Shown piece after piece: positions 38,955 through 49,467 of a stretch of DNA of 64,000 bases (the first letter of the stretch is position 1; each line of letters opens with the position of its first letter). The notes under the pieces were generated by a model. That model had not been told where the DNA came from, did no database searches, and worked only from the letters and a program-made list of their open reading frames with translations. The DNA is from Thermoplasmata archaeon (GTDB lineage: Archaea > Thermoplasmatota > Thermoplasmata > RBG-16-68-12): NCBI GenBank assembly GCA_036395115.1, contig DASWDU010000034.1, forward strand, positions 14,941 to 78,940. Reading direction: 5' to 3'. A program made the translations under genes and the position numbers.

Positions 38955-40007
38955 TTAGCGGTTCCGCGAATCCGGTGCCGGTGCGCGGCGCCATGCGCGG
39001 GCGAGGGCGGGAGGCGGCGCGGCTACCATGAGGTGCGCGAAGTAACCGAGCGCGGCGAGAGGGAGGAGAGGCCACAGCAGCGGCGCGAGCAAGACCGATG
39101 TCGTCAAGCCCGCGGCGATGCCGAGCTGGATGACCCTCAGTTCGTTGCGGGTCGTTGACTCGAGGTCCGCCGCGTCGATCCGCAGATGGAACCAGATCGC
39201 CGGGAGCGTGAGGACGGCGGCGAAGAAGAACGCGGTGTGGAAGGTGACGCTCAGCCAGAGGTCGAGGATGACTGCCGCGACGACCATCCCCGCGGCGTAC
39301 CGCTTCGCATTCCGGAACCCAAGGGCGACGACGGTCGTGCGCTTCGGCGGCACCGCCGCCGCGTCCATCGGCGCATCGGCATAGTGATGGACGACCAGCA
39401 TGCCGGTGCACGCGAGGGCGTGGGCCGCCAGGGCGATCACCGCCACGAGCGAGACGGAGAGTGCCTGGATCGCGTACGCGCCGAGGCCCGACAGCAAGAC
39501 GCCGGGGAATCCGCCCAGCCACTCCCCGGTGAAGGGCCGGTACGACATCGCGATCGGCGGGGCGGTGTACGCCAGGCCGATGAGGTACCCGGCGAGGATG
39601 ATCAGGGCGAGCCACGGTGCGCGCGCCACGACGACCCAGGCGGTCAACGCGGCGACGCCGAAGGTCGCGCAGGCAAAGATCCGCCACAGATCCCGCTCCT
39701 CGAGCAAGCCCATGTTCCGGACCTTGCTCCCGCCGGACAGGGCGCGGAGCCCGATCTGGTCCGTGCCGCTCCGCCAATCGTAGATCTCGTTGATGGCGTG
39801 CGTCTCCCATCCTTGGACGAGGCCGCCGAGGGCGAGGGCCACCACAAGCCAGAGCGGCTCGAACCTCCCGGCGACGGCGAAGGCCACCGCGGTCCCCAGC
39901 ACGACCGCCGTGTACGACCAGAGCAGGACCGGGATCAGCCGGAACTCCAGGAACCAACCGAGCGCCTTGCGTCTCCACGACTGCTCGACCGGGACGGACG
40001 CCACCAT
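38955..40007 (-). CDS. UbiA-family membrane prenyltransferase
   Basis: 'HAINEIYDWRSGTD' (NxxxDxxxD Asp-rich motif); about eight TM segments. Start chosen at Met 'MVASVP'. Confidence 0.65.
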   Translation of the reverse strand: MVASVPVEQSWRRKALGWFLEFRLIPVLLWSYTAVVLGTAVAFAVAGRFEPLWLVVALALGGLVQGWETHAINEIYDWRSGTDQIGLRALSGGSKVRNMGLLEERDLWRIFACATFGVAALTAWVVVARAPWLALIILAGYLIGLAYTAPPIAMSYRPFTGEWLGGFPGVLLSGLGAYAIQALSVSLVAVIALAAHALACTGMLVVHHYADAPMDAAAVPPKRTTVVALGFRNAKRYAAGMVVAAVILDLWLSVTFHTAFFFAAVLTLPAIWFHLRIDAADLESTTRNELRVIQLGIAAGLTTSVLLAPLLWPLLPLAALGYFAHLMVAAPPPALARAWRRAPAPDSRNR

Positions 40008-40044
40008 TTTGACTATTTCGATAGTAATATTAGAACGTTCGCGG
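40008..40044. promoter_or_regulatory. AT-rich divergent promoter region between the UbiA gene and the wHTH regulator gene
   Basis: 'ttttgactatttcgatagtaatattagaacg' is the only AT-rich stretch locally and sits 0-25 nt from both start codons. Confidence 0.3.
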
Positions 40045-40056
40045 ATGCGGTGTTGG

Positions 40057-40404
40057 ATGGCCGAGCCACCGGGTACGTTGTCGAAGAACGGTTGGGTGCG
40101 CGGCTTCATGGACAAGCGGTTGTGGTATCTCATCGCGGCAACCCGCGGGGGCATCAACCGCGCGCGGATCTTGCGGACGCTCCACGACCGGCCGTACAAC
40201 GCGAACGACCTCGCAGGCCAACTCGGTCTCGACTACAAAACGGTTCGCCATCACTTGGATGTGCTCCGGGAGAACGATTGCGTCATGACGCTCGGACACG
40301 AAGGCTACGGCATCTTGTATTCCCTCTCGCCTCGGCTCCAGGTGCACTTCGACGACTTCCTCGAAATCTGGCGGCTCATCGAGGGCCGCGTTGGGGAAAA
40401 GTAA
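40057..40404 (+). CDS. Winged-HTH (ArsR/PadR-like) transcriptional regulator
   Basis: '...LIAATRGGINRARILRTLHDRPYNANDLAGQLGLDYKTVRHHLDVLRENDCV'. Alternative ATG at 40045. Confidence 0.55.
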   Translation: MAEPPGTLSKNGWVRGFMDKRLWYLIAATRGGINRARILRTLHDRPYNANDLAGQLGLDYKTVRHHLDVLRENDCVMTLGHEGYGILYSLSPRLQVHFDDFLEIWRLIEGRVGEK

Positions 40405-40437
40405 ATATGGTGCACATCCGACTCGGCACGTGGTAAC

Positions 40438-40728
40438 GTGGCGCTCGGGACCTTTTGGATGATCGACGTCGGGCTCGCCCTCGCGAGCGTGGCGGTTCTG
40501 GCGGGACTCCTCTATGTCTACGTCGGGAATTATCGCCACCTGAGGTCCCCCTTCTCCTTCGGCCTCGTGGTGTTCGCGGCCCTCTTCGTGGTCGAGAACC
40601 TCGCCGCGGTCTACTTCTACGTCGTCATGAGCCAGGACTTCGGGGCGGGCGTCGCGGTCCCGATGCTCGCGCTGAACGCCGCGGAACTCGTCGGGTTCGC
40701 GACCCTGTTCTACGTGTCGTGGCGGTAA
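40438..40728 (+). CDS. Small membrane protein (three TM)
   Basis: Hydrophobic throughout; immediately downstream of the regulator. Confidence 0.45.
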   Translation: MALGTFWMIDVGLALASVAVLAGLLYVYVGNYRHLRSPFSFGLVVFAALFVVENLAAVYFYVVMSQDFGAGVAVPMLALNAAELVGFATLFYVSWR

Positions 40729-40791
40729 GCCCTCGGGGAGCGTCGCGGTCAAATACGCCCGCACCCTTTGCGGTCCCGAGGCGTCCCCGTG

Positions 40792-41727
40792 GTGAACTAT
40801 CGTCCGATGGGGAAGACGGAGCTCGAGGTCTCGGAGGTCGGGTTCGGCCTGTGGACCCTCGCCACCGGCCGGTGGGGCGAATTCACCGACGACCAGGCCG
40901 TCGACTTGCTCCACAAGGCGTACGACGCGGGCATCAACTACTTCGACGTCGCCCCCACGGACGGGGCGGGGCGCGGGGAACGCTTGCTCGGACGGGCCTT
41001 TCAGGACCGGCGGGAGCTCGTCATCATCTCGACCAAGGTGGGCCGCACCGATGGCGGGGTCGATTTCTCGCCGGCCGGCATCCGCAAGGCGCTCGACGCG
41101 ACCCTGGATCGGCTGGCTTCGTCCTACGTCGACGTCGTGCAGCTGCACTACCCCGATGCGGCAACCGTCGCGAACGCCGGCGTGTGGCAGACCCTCGAGG
41201 ACCTGAAGTCGGAAGGGAAAGCCCGCTACGTCGGGATCGCGCTCGGCCCGGGCCCCGGTGGCCTCGAGGAAGGGCGAGCCGCGATGCGGAAGCGCGACCT
41301 CGGTTGCGTGCAGACGTACTACAACCTCCTCGAAGAGGAGCCGGGTCGGAAGTTCTTCCCGGTCGCCCTGGAGATCAACCAAGGGATGGTGATCCGCGCG
41401 CCGCACGCCGGCGGCGTGCTCGAATCGAGCCCCGACGCGGTCCGCTTCCCCGCGGACGGGGATCTCCAGGTGAAGGAAGCGGCGTGGGTTGAGCGGGCGA
41501 GGGACCAGGCGGCGAACCTGAGCTGGATCTACGAGGGGAAGGGGATGAGCCTCTCCCAGGCCGCGGTGAAGTTCATCCTGTCCGAGGAGACCGTGGCGTC
41601 CGTGATCCCGAACATCTACCGGGAAGAGCACCTCACGGAGTACGGCGCCGTGTCGGACTTCGAGAGCTTCTCCCAGGTCGAGCTCGGTGAGATCGCGGAG
41701 CAGTTCCGGAAAGGGTTCGGTGCCTGA
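40792..41727 (+). CDS. Aldo/keto reductase
   Basis: 'NYRPMGKTELEVSEVGFGLW', 'GINYFDVAPTDG', '...VQLHYPD...'. GTG start; the alternative is TTG at 40768. Confidence 0.8.
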   Translation: MNYRPMGKTELEVSEVGFGLWTLATGRWGEFTDDQAVDLLHKAYDAGINYFDVAPTDGAGRGERLLGRAFQDRRELVIISTKVGRTDGGVDFSPAGIRKALDATLDRLASSYVDVVQLHYPDAATVANAGVWQTLEDLKSEGKARYVGIALGPGPGGLEEGRAAMRKRDLGCVQTYYNLLEEEPGRKFFPVALEINQGMVIRAPHAGGVLESSPDAVRFPADGDLQVKEAAWVERARDQAANLSWIYEGKGMSLSQAAVKFILSEETVASVIPNIYREEHLTEYGAVSDFESFSQVELGEIAEQFRKGFGA

Positions 41728-41736
41728 GGCATCCGT

Positions 41737-42327
41737 ATGATCCTCGGCTACGTCGACAGGGAGGATCGCATCTACGACCTCGGCTTCGCGACGATGCGTC
41801 TTCGCGTCCGCCTCGAGGCCGGGGAAGGAAGCGTCTCCAGGGTGACGTTCTCCCAGGTCGCGGGGAGCGGGGCGGCATCGTACCGCGTGCTCGGGGAGGC
41901 GGACGGGCGCGCGGAGGTGTCGATGGACCACGATGGCAAGCGCATCCCGCTGTTGCGCGAGGTCGACGGGCATCTGTACCGGCACGAGGCGGGCCTCTTG
42001 TTCTTGGCGTCTCCGGCGACGCGGGATCCCGAGGATCCCGGATACTTCTTGGTCAAGCTCCGCGCGATGCCGAGCGCGGTCGCGTTCTTCTTCGAGGATC
42101 AAGAAGGTCGGGAACTCGTCTCGGTCCCGCGCGATGAGGTCCTCCGGGTTGCGGCGGAGGGGGGCGGGCTCACGGTCTTCGTGAGCGCGGCGAACGTCGC
42201 CCTGCCGAAGGAGAAGATCGCATACACGGTCCACTTCGAACCGGCGTCTCGCATCGGACCACTCCTGGAGGATCTCGTGCTGGCGCAGGGCGAGGGACAA
42301 ACCCCTCCTAAGCGACGAAATCCTTAA
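41737..42327 (+). CDS. Hypothetical protein
   Basis: 196-aa ORF 10 nt downstream of the aldo/keto reductase; no recognisable motif. Confidence 0.45.
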   Translation: MILGYVDREDRIYDLGFATMRLRVRLEAGEGSVSRVTFSQVAGSGAASYRVLGEADGRAEVSMDHDGKRIPLLREVDGHLYRHEAGLLFLASPATRDPEDPGYFLVKLRAMPSAVAFFFEDQEGRELVSVPRDEVLRVAAEGGGLTVFVSAANVALPKEKIAYTVHFEPASRIGPLLEDLVLAQGEGQTPPKRRNP

Positions 42328-43069
42328 TACGACCGCGCAGCTTCGCCCGCCGGGGTCCGACATGTCCTACGATGTCGCAGGTCTGGGTCTCGGCGGCGAA
42401 AAGAAGGGCAAACGGAAGACGTACGCGTACGTCGGGGTCGCGGTCGTCGTCATCGTCCTCGTTGCGGTTTGGTGGGCCTTCTACATGTAGGCCTCCCCGG
42501 GAATGCTTGAAGGTCCTCCCGTTCCATCCGCTCAAGGGAGAACTCTTCCGGGTGAGGTCATCGGGCTTCATTCTTCTCCCATGGCTCGCATGCCCCGGCC
42601 CCGAAGCATCGCGATGAATCCTAAGATGAACAAAGCCACCGAAATAATGTACGCCGGCCGCCAGAAGAGAGACAGCGGGGAAATCAGAAGCCCGGCGAAC
42701 ATGAGCCATAAGCGTCTCTTCGTTGCGGAGTTCATGCCCACTCCTCCCGCCGCGAATATTCGATGGCCCCCCATAGTCTTTCCCTCCGCCCGACCGGAGT
42801 CGCCTTCTTTTGGTGGTGTGGGACGTCGGAGCCGAGGAGGGCGGTTGCCATCGTGCGTCGGCGAAGAGAGGGATGGGGATACATCCCTGAGGCGTCCAGC
42901 CCCGCGATCCCGGAGGCAGGAAGGCGCGCGACCTCCTCCGGACCCGAAAGGATAAGACAATTGAGCGGAGTCGTTACCGCCTATCGGCCTTGATTCGCTA
43001 TTCTTAAATACTGCGGCCCGTATGCTTCGGCCGTCACCTTGTGACACCCTTTTGAACGGGAGTGTTCAG

Positions 43070-43711
43070 ATGTCAACGGTTTCCAAAGAAGTCGAGACCG
43101 GCACGACGACGCTCGGGCTCGTTTGCAAGGATGGGGTCGTCCTCGCAGCGGACCGCCGTGCGACGGCTGGGACGCTGATTGCGCACAAGCACACGAAGAA
43201 GGTGTACAAGCTCGACGAGAACCTCGGCCTGACGACCGCGGGCCTCGTCGGCGATCTGCAGGTCCTCGCGCGGTACATCACCGCGGAAGTCGAACTGTAC
43301 AAGCTCAAGCGTGGCGTCACGATGCCCGTCGAGGCGTGCGCGACGCTGACCGCGAACATCCTCAGCGGCAGCCGCTTCTACCCATATTGGGTGCAGCTCG
43401 TGATCGGCGGCTGGGACCGCGCGGGCGGCCATGTGTACTCGCTCGACGCGGCCGGCGGGTCCCTCCCGGACAAGTTCGTTTCGAGCGGGTCCGGCAGCCC
43501 CTACGTCTATGGAGTCCTCGAGGACCACTTCAAGGATGACATGTTGACGGAGGACGGGGCGAACCTCGCGATCCGGGCCGTCACCGCGGCGATGAAGCGG
43601 GACGCGGTCTCGGGCGAAGGGATCGACGTCGCGATCATCACGAAAGACGGATTCAAGATGCTCGACGACAAAGAAGTCGAGAAGCGCAAGTTAAGCATGA
43701 AACTGACCTGA
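43070..43711 (+). CDS. psmB: Proteasome beta subunit
   Basis: Propeptide 'MSTVSKEVETG' then 'TTTLGLVCKDGVVLAADRRAT' with the active-site Thr. Confidence 0.9.
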   Translation: MSTVSKEVETGTTTLGLVCKDGVVLAADRRATAGTLIAHKHTKKVYKLDENLGLTTAGLVGDLQVLARYITAEVELYKLKRGVTMPVEACATLTANILSGSRFYPYWVQLVIGGWDRAGGHVYSLDAAGGSLPDKFVSSGSGSPYVYGVLEDHFKDDMLTEDGANLAIRAVTAAMKRDAVSGEGIDVAIITKDGFKMLDDKEVEKRKLSMKLT

Positions 43712-43745
43712 GTCCGCAAGCGACGTCAGGTCAACGAGACGTCCG

Positions 43746-45653
43746 ATGACCATTGAGGACATTCTGAACGACGCGCGAAGCGTCGTGAAGAAAGTGGTCC
43801 CCGACCACGTGGAAATCACGCAAGTCGACTTCGAAGGCCCCACGATCGTGATCTACACGAAGAACATGGAGGTCTTCGCGGAGTCGAACGAGCTCGTGCG
43901 CCAGATCGCTCAGCAGCTCCGCCGCCGGATCGTCGTCCGACCGGATCCGTCCCTCCTTGCGTCCCAGGAGGACGCCGAGAAGATTATTCGCGAGGTGATC
44001 CCGCCGGAGGCGCAGATCACCGGCATCTACTTCGAGACGGAAACCGGCGAGGTGACAATCGAGGCGCTTTCGCCCGGTATGGTGATCGGCCGCCACGGGT
44101 CGATCCTGAACGAGGTCAAGAAGCGGATCGGTTGGGCGCCGAAGGTCGTGCGCACCCCTCCCATCCCCTCGAAGACGGTCGAGGAGATTCGCCAGTACCT
44201 CCGGACGATCAACGACGAGCGCCAGGCGTTCCTGAAACAAGTCGGCCGACGACTCGCGCGCGAAGTCCCCCAGGGAGAGAACTACGTCCGGATCACCGCA
44301 CTCGGGGGCTTCCGACAGGTCGGCCGATCCGCCGCGCTCCTGTCCACGCGGGAGTCGAAGGTCCTGATCGACTGCGGCGTGCTCATCTCGGAGGACAACG
44401 GCTCGCCCTACCTCAACGCCCCGGAGGTCATGCCGCTCGGTTCGATCGATGCCGTCGTCATCACGCACGCCCATCTCGACCACTCCGGGCTCGTGCCGGC
44501 CCTGTACAAGTACGGCTACGACGGGCCGATTTACACGACGCCGCCGACGCGCGACCTGATGTCGTTGCTCCAGCTCGACTTCATCAAGGTCGCGATGGGC
44601 GAGGCGCGCAAGTCGCCGTACGATTCGAGCAACGTCCGGAAGGCCGTGGCGAACACGATCCCGCTCAAATACGGCGAGACGACGGACATCGCGCCGGACG
44701 TCCGGTTGACGTTCCAGAACGCGGGCCACATCCTCGGCTCCGCCGTCGCGCACTTCCACATCGGGGACGGGCTGTACAACGTCGCGATGTCCGGGGACAT
44801 CAAGTTCGAGAAGACGTGGCTCTTCAACCCGGCCGTCAACAAGTTCCCGCGCCTCGAGACGCTCGTCCTCGAATCGACGTACGGCGGCTACCACGACATC
44901 CAGCCGTCCCGGCACGAGGCGGCGCAGCAGCTCAAGGAGGTGGTCCGTCGGGTGCTCAGCCGAGGGGGCAAGGTCTTGGTCCCCGTCTTCGCCGTCGGGC
45001 GCTCCCAGGAGGTCATGCTCGTCCTCGAGGACGCGATGCGGAACCGCCAGATCCCGGAAGTGCCGATCTACTTGGACGGCATGATCTGGGAGGCGACCGC
45101 GATCCATACCGCGTACCCGGAGTACCTGAACAGCCAGCTCCGGACGGAGATCTTCCAGACGGGCGAGAACCCGTTCCTGTCGCCGATCTTCAAGCGCGTC
45201 GAGACGTCGGACATGCGGTCGAACATCTGCGACGACGTCGAGCCGTGCATCGTGCTCGCGACGTCCGGCATGATGTCAGGCGGCCCCGTGTTGGAGTACT
45301 TCAAGTCGTGGGCGGACAACCCGCTCCACGCCCTCCTCTTCGTCGGGTTCCAATCCGAAGGATCCCTCGGCCGGCGCATCCAGCGGGACGCGCGCGAGAT
45401 CACGCTCACGGACCGCGGGCAGCCGCTCACGCTCCCGATCAAGCTCGACGTCGAGACGATCGACGGCTTCTCCGGCCACTCGGACCGCCTGCAGCTTCTG
45501 AACTACGTCGGGACGATGGAGCCTCGGCCCGAGCGGGTCATCGTAAACCACGGCGAGGAGTTCAAGTGCTCCGACCTGGCGTCGGGCCTATACAAGAAGT
45601 TCGGCCTCGAGGCGCGCGCCCCGATGAACCTCGAGACGATCCGGCTCAAGTGA
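43746..45653 (+). CDS. aCPSF1/FttA (KH plus metallo-beta-lactamase plus beta-CASP ribonuclease; transcription termination factor)
   Basis: Two N-terminal KH domains; 'HAHLDHSG' MBL motif; beta-CASP region. 635 aa. Confidence 0.9.
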   Translation: MTIEDILNDARSVVKKVVPDHVEITQVDFEGPTIVIYTKNMEVFAESNELVRQIAQQLRRRIVVRPDPSLLASQEDAEKIIREVIPPEAQITGIYFETETGEVTIEALSPGMVIGRHGSILNEVKKRIGWAPKVVRTPPIPSKTVEEIRQYLRTINDERQAFLKQVGRRLAREVPQGENYVRITALGGFRQVGRSAALLSTRESKVLIDCGVLISEDNGSPYLNAPEVMPLGSIDAVVITHAHLDHSGLVPALYKYGYDGPIYTTPPTRDLMSLLQLDFIKVAMGEARKSPYDSSNVRKAVANTIPLKYGETTDIAPDVRLTFQNAGHILGSAVAHFHIGDGLYNVAMSGDIKFEKTWLFNPAVNKFPRLETLVLESTYGGYHDIQPSRHEAAQQLKEVVRRVLSRGGKVLVPVFAVGRSQEVMLVLEDAMRNRQIPEVPIYLDGMIWEATAIHTAYPEYLNSQLRTEIFQTGENPFLSPIFKRVETSDMRSNICDDVEPCIVLATSGMMSGGPVLEYFKSWADNPLHALLFVGFQSEGSLGRRIQRDAREITLTDRGQPLTLPIKLDVETIDGFSGHSDRLQLLNYVGTMEPRPERVIVNHGEEFKCSDLASGLYKKFGLEARAPMNLETIRLK

Positions 45654-45660
45654 GGCCCGA

Positions 45661-46155
45661 ATGTCGGCCGGCGCGACGGGCCCCACGCCCGCTTGGGGGC
45701 GGTGGATTCCCGGCAGCGCGGTGATCCTGTTCCTGTTCCTCTCGGCCGGCCTGTGGATGGCGTCCCTCGCCGCCGACGCCGTCGGCCAGTCGGTCCTCGT
45801 CGTTGTCTTCCTCGCGGTCGCCGCGTTCGTCCCTCTCGCCTGGCTCGCCGGGCGCATCTGGACTCGGCCACTGTGGGCCGTCCGGGTGCGCGACAGTCCC
45901 GAGGCGATCACCGCGGCCGTGCGGGATGCGCTCCGCGACCGCCTGCCGACGCAGCTCGCCGCGGCGGACGGCCCCGAGGGGCTGTTCCGTCGTTGTGAGA
46001 CGCTGCTCCGGATCGACGAGCCGGCGTGCCTGATCGGGGTCGAGAGGTCGGTCGGCGGGATCGGGACGACGGTCCTGCTGCTCCCGCGCTCTCGGGACCG
46101 CCGATCGATCGACGACCTCCGTGCCCGGATCCTCTCTCGGCTGGCGAGCCCGTAG
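45661..46155 (+). CDS. Hypothetical membrane protein
   Basis: Two N-terminal TM segments; 7 nt after aCPSF1. Confidence 0.45.
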   Translation: MSAGATGPTPAWGRWIPGSAVILFLFLSAGLWMASLAADAVGQSVLVVVFLAVAAFVPLAWLAGRIWTRPLWAVRVRDSPEAITAAVRDALRDRLPTQLAAADGPEGLFRRCETLLRIDEPACLIGVERSVGGIGTTVLLLPRSRDRRSIDDLRARILSRLASP

Positions 46156-46196
46156 AGGAAAGGCAAGCCTTTTGTGGGCCGCCGCGATGGGCCGCC

Positions 46197-46661
46197 GTGC
46201 GTCGGCCCTTCTACGAGAAGGTCCAAGATCTCGTGACGCCGGAGGCGTTCCACGCCCAGGTCGACGCCGCGATCGCCGAATGGGGCGGCCTGTTGGACCG
46301 AGACGCCGCCGCGATGGTCGTCGTCGAACGCCTCGGCCGGAGCGTCGCAGCATTCGCCCGCATCGCGGATCTCGAGGAGGGCATGGAGGCGAATCTGCGG
46401 GCCACGGTCGTCGGCATTTCGCCGGTGCGCACGTTCACGCGCCAAGACGGTACCCCAGGCCGGGTGGCGAACCTCGAGCTGCGGGACGACAGCGGGTTCT
46501 GCCGCTTCGCCCTCTGGGACGACGACGTCGGGCTCGTGGATCGGGGAAAGGTCGCCGTCGGGGCGACGGTCCGCGCCCTCGACTGCTACGTGAAGCGGAC
46601 GAACTTCGGCCTCGACGTGTCCCGCGGCAAGTTCGGCGCGCTCGTGGTGGAGGGACCCTGA
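46197..46661 (+). CDS. OB-fold nucleic-acid-binding protein (RPA-like single OB)
   Basis: '...GRVANLELRDDSGFCRFALWDDDVGLV...' resembles RPA-type OB folds. GTG start inferred. Confidence 0.45.
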   Translation: MRRPFYEKVQDLVTPEAFHAQVDAAIAEWGGLLDRDAAAMVVVERLGRSVAAFARIADLEEGMEANLRATVVGISPVRTFTRQDGTPGRVANLELRDDSGFCRFALWDDDVGLVDRGKVAVGATVRALDCYVKRTNFGLDVSRGKFGALVVEGP

Positions 46662-46662
46662 C

Positions 46663-47199
46663 GTGCCCGAGACGGCGGACGGCTGGTCGTACGCGAACAA
46701 CTGGCGGATCGCGGCGTTCTTCCTCGGCCTCGCGATGATCCTCCTCGGGATCGGGTCGCTCGCCGTGTTCGCGTTCGGAGACGACGCCGGGATGGCCGGC
46801 CTGTCGCTCCTCGCGATCGCGACGTACCTCCTGGTCTTCTCCGTCCTGGTCTTCGTGCCGCGAATCGCGCGACGGGGTTCCGTGAGCTTCAGTCTGTTCT
46901 CTCGCCGATCGGTGGAGGATGCAGAGAAGGCCGTCGTGGGGGCGATCGAGGCAGTGGGGAGGGCGCCTCGCGTGGAGATGGCGCGGTCACGGTCGAACCA
47001 CCCGCCGCGCGTGGTGACGGCCGACGGGATCGTGACGCGGTTCCGCATCGAGATTTCCCGCGCCGGGCCCGGATCCGTGGACGGAGGCGTCTGGACGGAG
47101 ATCGTCCAGAGTGTCGCGTCGACGGACGCGGACGCGGCGCGGACGTTGCGGGAGCGGGTCAACGAGCAGCTCGCGAGGCTCCCACGGGCCGAGGAGTGA
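46663..47199 (+). CDS. Hypothetical membrane protein
   Basis: Starts 2 nt after the upstream stop; two TM segments, then a soluble domain. Confidence 0.45.
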   Translation: MPETADGWSYANNWRIAAFFLGLAMILLGIGSLAVFAFGDDAGMAGLSLLAIATYLLVFSVLVFVPRIARRGSVSFSLFSRRSVEDAEKAVVGAIEAVGRAPRVEMARSRSNHPPRVVTADGIVTRFRIEISRAGPGSVDGGVWTEIVQSVASTDADAARTLRERVNEQLARLPRAEE

Positions 47200-47202
47200 G
47201 GC

Positions 47203-48858
47203 TCACATCCCCATTCCGGGCATGCCGCCCATCCCGCCCATGCCGCCGCCGTGTTCGCCGCCACCGGGCGGAGGCGGGGGCGACTTCTTCGAGGCGATGA
47301 TGTCGTCGATGCGGAGGATCATGCCCGCGACTTCCTGGGCGGACTCGATTTCTTGGGTCTTGACACGGAGCGGCTCGACGATGTTCGCCTTGAGCATGTC
47401 GAGGGGCTCGCCCGTCATGACGTTCACTCCCATCGACTTGCCGCCCTTCTTCCCGTGTTCCGCGCGGAGCTTGATCAGGACGTCGATCGGATCGAGGCCC
47501 GCGTTTTCGCCGAGCGTCCTCGGGATCACGTCGAGCGCCTGCGCGAACGCTTCAATCGCCAACTGTTCCCGGCCCCCGATCGTCGCCGCGTAATCCTTGA
47601 GCGCCAGGGACAGCTCGACCTCCGCCGCCCCGCCGCCGGCGATCGCCTTGCCGTCCTCGATCGTCGCAGCCACCACGCGCAGCGCGTCGTGGAGGATTCG
47701 CTCGACCTCATCGACGACGTGCTCCGTGCCGCCGCGCACGAGGATCGACACGGCGCGGGCTTTCTTGCAGCCGGTGACAAAGGTCATGTCGTCCGTCCCG
47801 ACCTTCCGCTCCTCGACGAGCTCGGCGCTCCCGAGTTCCTTCGCCGTGAGGTCGTCCAGGTTCGTGACCGCGCGCGCGCCCGTCGCCTTCGCGAGCTTCT
47901 TCATATCGCTTTCCTTGACGCGACGCACCGCGTAGATGCCCTCCTTCGCGAGGTAGTGCTGTGCGACGTCGTCGATGCCCTTCTGGCACAGGACGACGTT
48001 GGCCCCGGATGCCCTGATCTTGTCGACCATCGTCTTGAGGCTCTTCTCTTCCTCGTTCAGGAACAGCTGTAGCTTGCCCGGATCGCGGATTCGGATCTCC
48101 TCGTTCACCTCGGTCTTCTTGACCTCGAGGGCGCGGTTGATCAGGGCGATCTTCGCGTCGCGGACGAACTTCGGCATCCGAGGATGCACGCGCTCTTTGT
48201 CCAAGACGACGCCGTCGATCAGGTTCGTGTCGCTCAGGCTCCCCCCGTGTTTCTTCTGGACGAGGATGTTGTCGACGTCCGCGCGGAGTTCCCCCGCGAC
48301 CTCCTCGACGATCGACTGCACCGCGTCCACGGCGATGCCGGCGAGGAAGTCGGCATTCGTACCGACGCTGCGGCCAGACATCGCCGTCCGGGCGATCGAC
48401 CGGAGGGTCGTCTTGTCGTCCCTCTTCACGGGGAAGGCGAGCTGGTTGAGTCGGCGGACCGCCTCGGCCGCCGCCATCCGGTAGCCGTTCACGATGATCG
48501 TCGGGTGGACCTCCTGCTCGATCAGGCTCTCGGCGGCTTTCAGGAGTTCCCCGGCGAGGATGACGGCACTCGTCGTCCCGTCTCCGACCTCGTCGTCCTG
48601 CGTCTTAGCGACCTCGACGAGCATCTTCGCCGTCGGGTGTTCGATCTCGATTTCCTTGAGGATCGTGACCCCATCGTTCGTAATCGTCACGTCGCCGAGA
48701 GAGTCGACGAGCATCTTGTCCATGCCTTTCGGGCCAAGGGTCGACTTGACCGCATCGGCGACCGCGCGGGCGGCGGCGATGTTGTTCGACACTGCGCCCT
48801 TGCCCTTCTCCCGTTCCGTCCCTTCCTTCAAGATGATGATTGGCTGACCGCCCATCAT
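47203..48858 (-). CDS. ths: Thermosome subunit (group II chaperonin)
   Basis: '...[28 protein letters not shown]...' and a C-terminal GGM repeat tail. Confidence 0.95.
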   Translation of the reverse strand: MMGGQPIIILKEGTEREKGKGAVSNNIAAARAVADAVKSTLGPKGMDKMLVDSLGDVTITNDGVTILKEIEIEHPTAKMLVEVAKTQDDEVGDGTTSAVILAGELLKAAESLIEQEVHPTIIVNGYRMAAAEAVRRLNQLAFPVKRDDKTTLRSIARTAMSGRSVGTNADFLAGIAVDAVQSIVEEVAGELRADVDNILVQKKHGGSLSDTNLIDGVVLDKERVHPRMPKFVRDAKIALINRALEVKKTEVNEEIRIRDPGKLQLFLNEEEKSLKTMVDKIRASGANVVLCQKGIDDVAQHYLAKEGIYAVRRVKESDMKKLAKATGARAVTNLDDLTAKELGSAELVEERKVGTDDMTFVTGCKKARAVSILVRGGTEHVVDEVERILHDALRVVAATIEDGKAIAGGGAAEVELSLALKDYAATIGGREQLAIEAFAQALDVIPRTLGENAGLDPIDVLIKLRAEHGKKGGKSMGVNVMTGEPLDMLKANIVEPLRVKTQEIESAQEVAGMILRIDDIIASKKSPPPPPGGGEHGGGMGGMGGMPGMGM

Positions 48859-48991
48859 TTGGATTCCCGCGGGTCTATGCGAGGGCTTCTATATGAGCGT
48901 TGCCCTTGAGTGGTTCCGTTGCGTTGTTCTTGGCGCCCCCGGGGGGCGGGTGAGAGTGGCTCGCGATGGTCTTAGGGAACCGAGGTGGGGC

Positions 48992-49162
48992 TTACCGGAA
49001 CAAGATCTCAGTCCTGAGCGCCTTCCCATCGAAGTGTACTATCATTTTCTTCGTTTTCAGCTGACGCCAAGTCCACTCGGCGACTTCCTTTGGCTCACAG
49101 ACCTTGAAGTTGCGTCTGTCAACAATAATCTCTTGGATGATATGCCGGCGCTCATATCTCAC
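48992..49162 (-). CDS. Hypothetical small protein (56 aa) in the low-GC island
   Basis: GTG-start ORF from my own translation: 'VRYERRHIIQEIIVDRRNFKVCEPKEVAEWTWRQLKTKKMIVHFDGKALRTEILFR'. Confidence 0.25.
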   Translation of the reverse strand: MRYERRHIIQEIIVDRRNFKVCEPKEVAEWTWRQLKTKKMIVHFDGKALRTEILFR

Positions 49163-49185
49163 CGGCGACTCTGGAAGGTCTATGG

Positions 49186-49467
49186 TTACTCCTCGCCAAG
49201 AATCCAGATCCTCAGTTTGTCTCCTTCCCTGTGAACCGCGTACTCTTGTCCGGACGTGTCACGAAAGAGGGATAGCGTGTCTTCTGACATCTCTTCGGGC
49301 ACGAGCCGGAAGAGCGGTTCTCTCAGCTGGGACATGCGCATTACACCCTGCTCGAAGGTCTTGATCCATTGGGTGAGGCTTCTAAAGGGATTAAAACGAA
49401 ATGGGGTTCCGATCTCTCGTCCGATGCCTGTTAAAACCTGACCGCCTGGTATCAGTCCATGACTCAC
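49186..49467 (-). CDS. Hypothetical protein (93 aa), low-GC island
   Basis: ATGA overlap with the upstream 126-aa gene, suggesting an operon. Confidence 0.35.
   Translation of the reverse strand: MSHGLIPGGQVLTGIGREIGTPFRFNPFRSLTQWIKTFEQGVMRMSQLREPLFRLVPEEMSEDTLSLFRDTSGQEYAVHREGDKLRIWILGEE

Noticed and set aside
47203-47290. GGM-repeat encoding region at the thermosome 3' end, as a possible tandem-repeat or variable locus
   Set aside because: Gly-Gly-Met C-terminal tails are a normal conserved feature of group II chaperonins.
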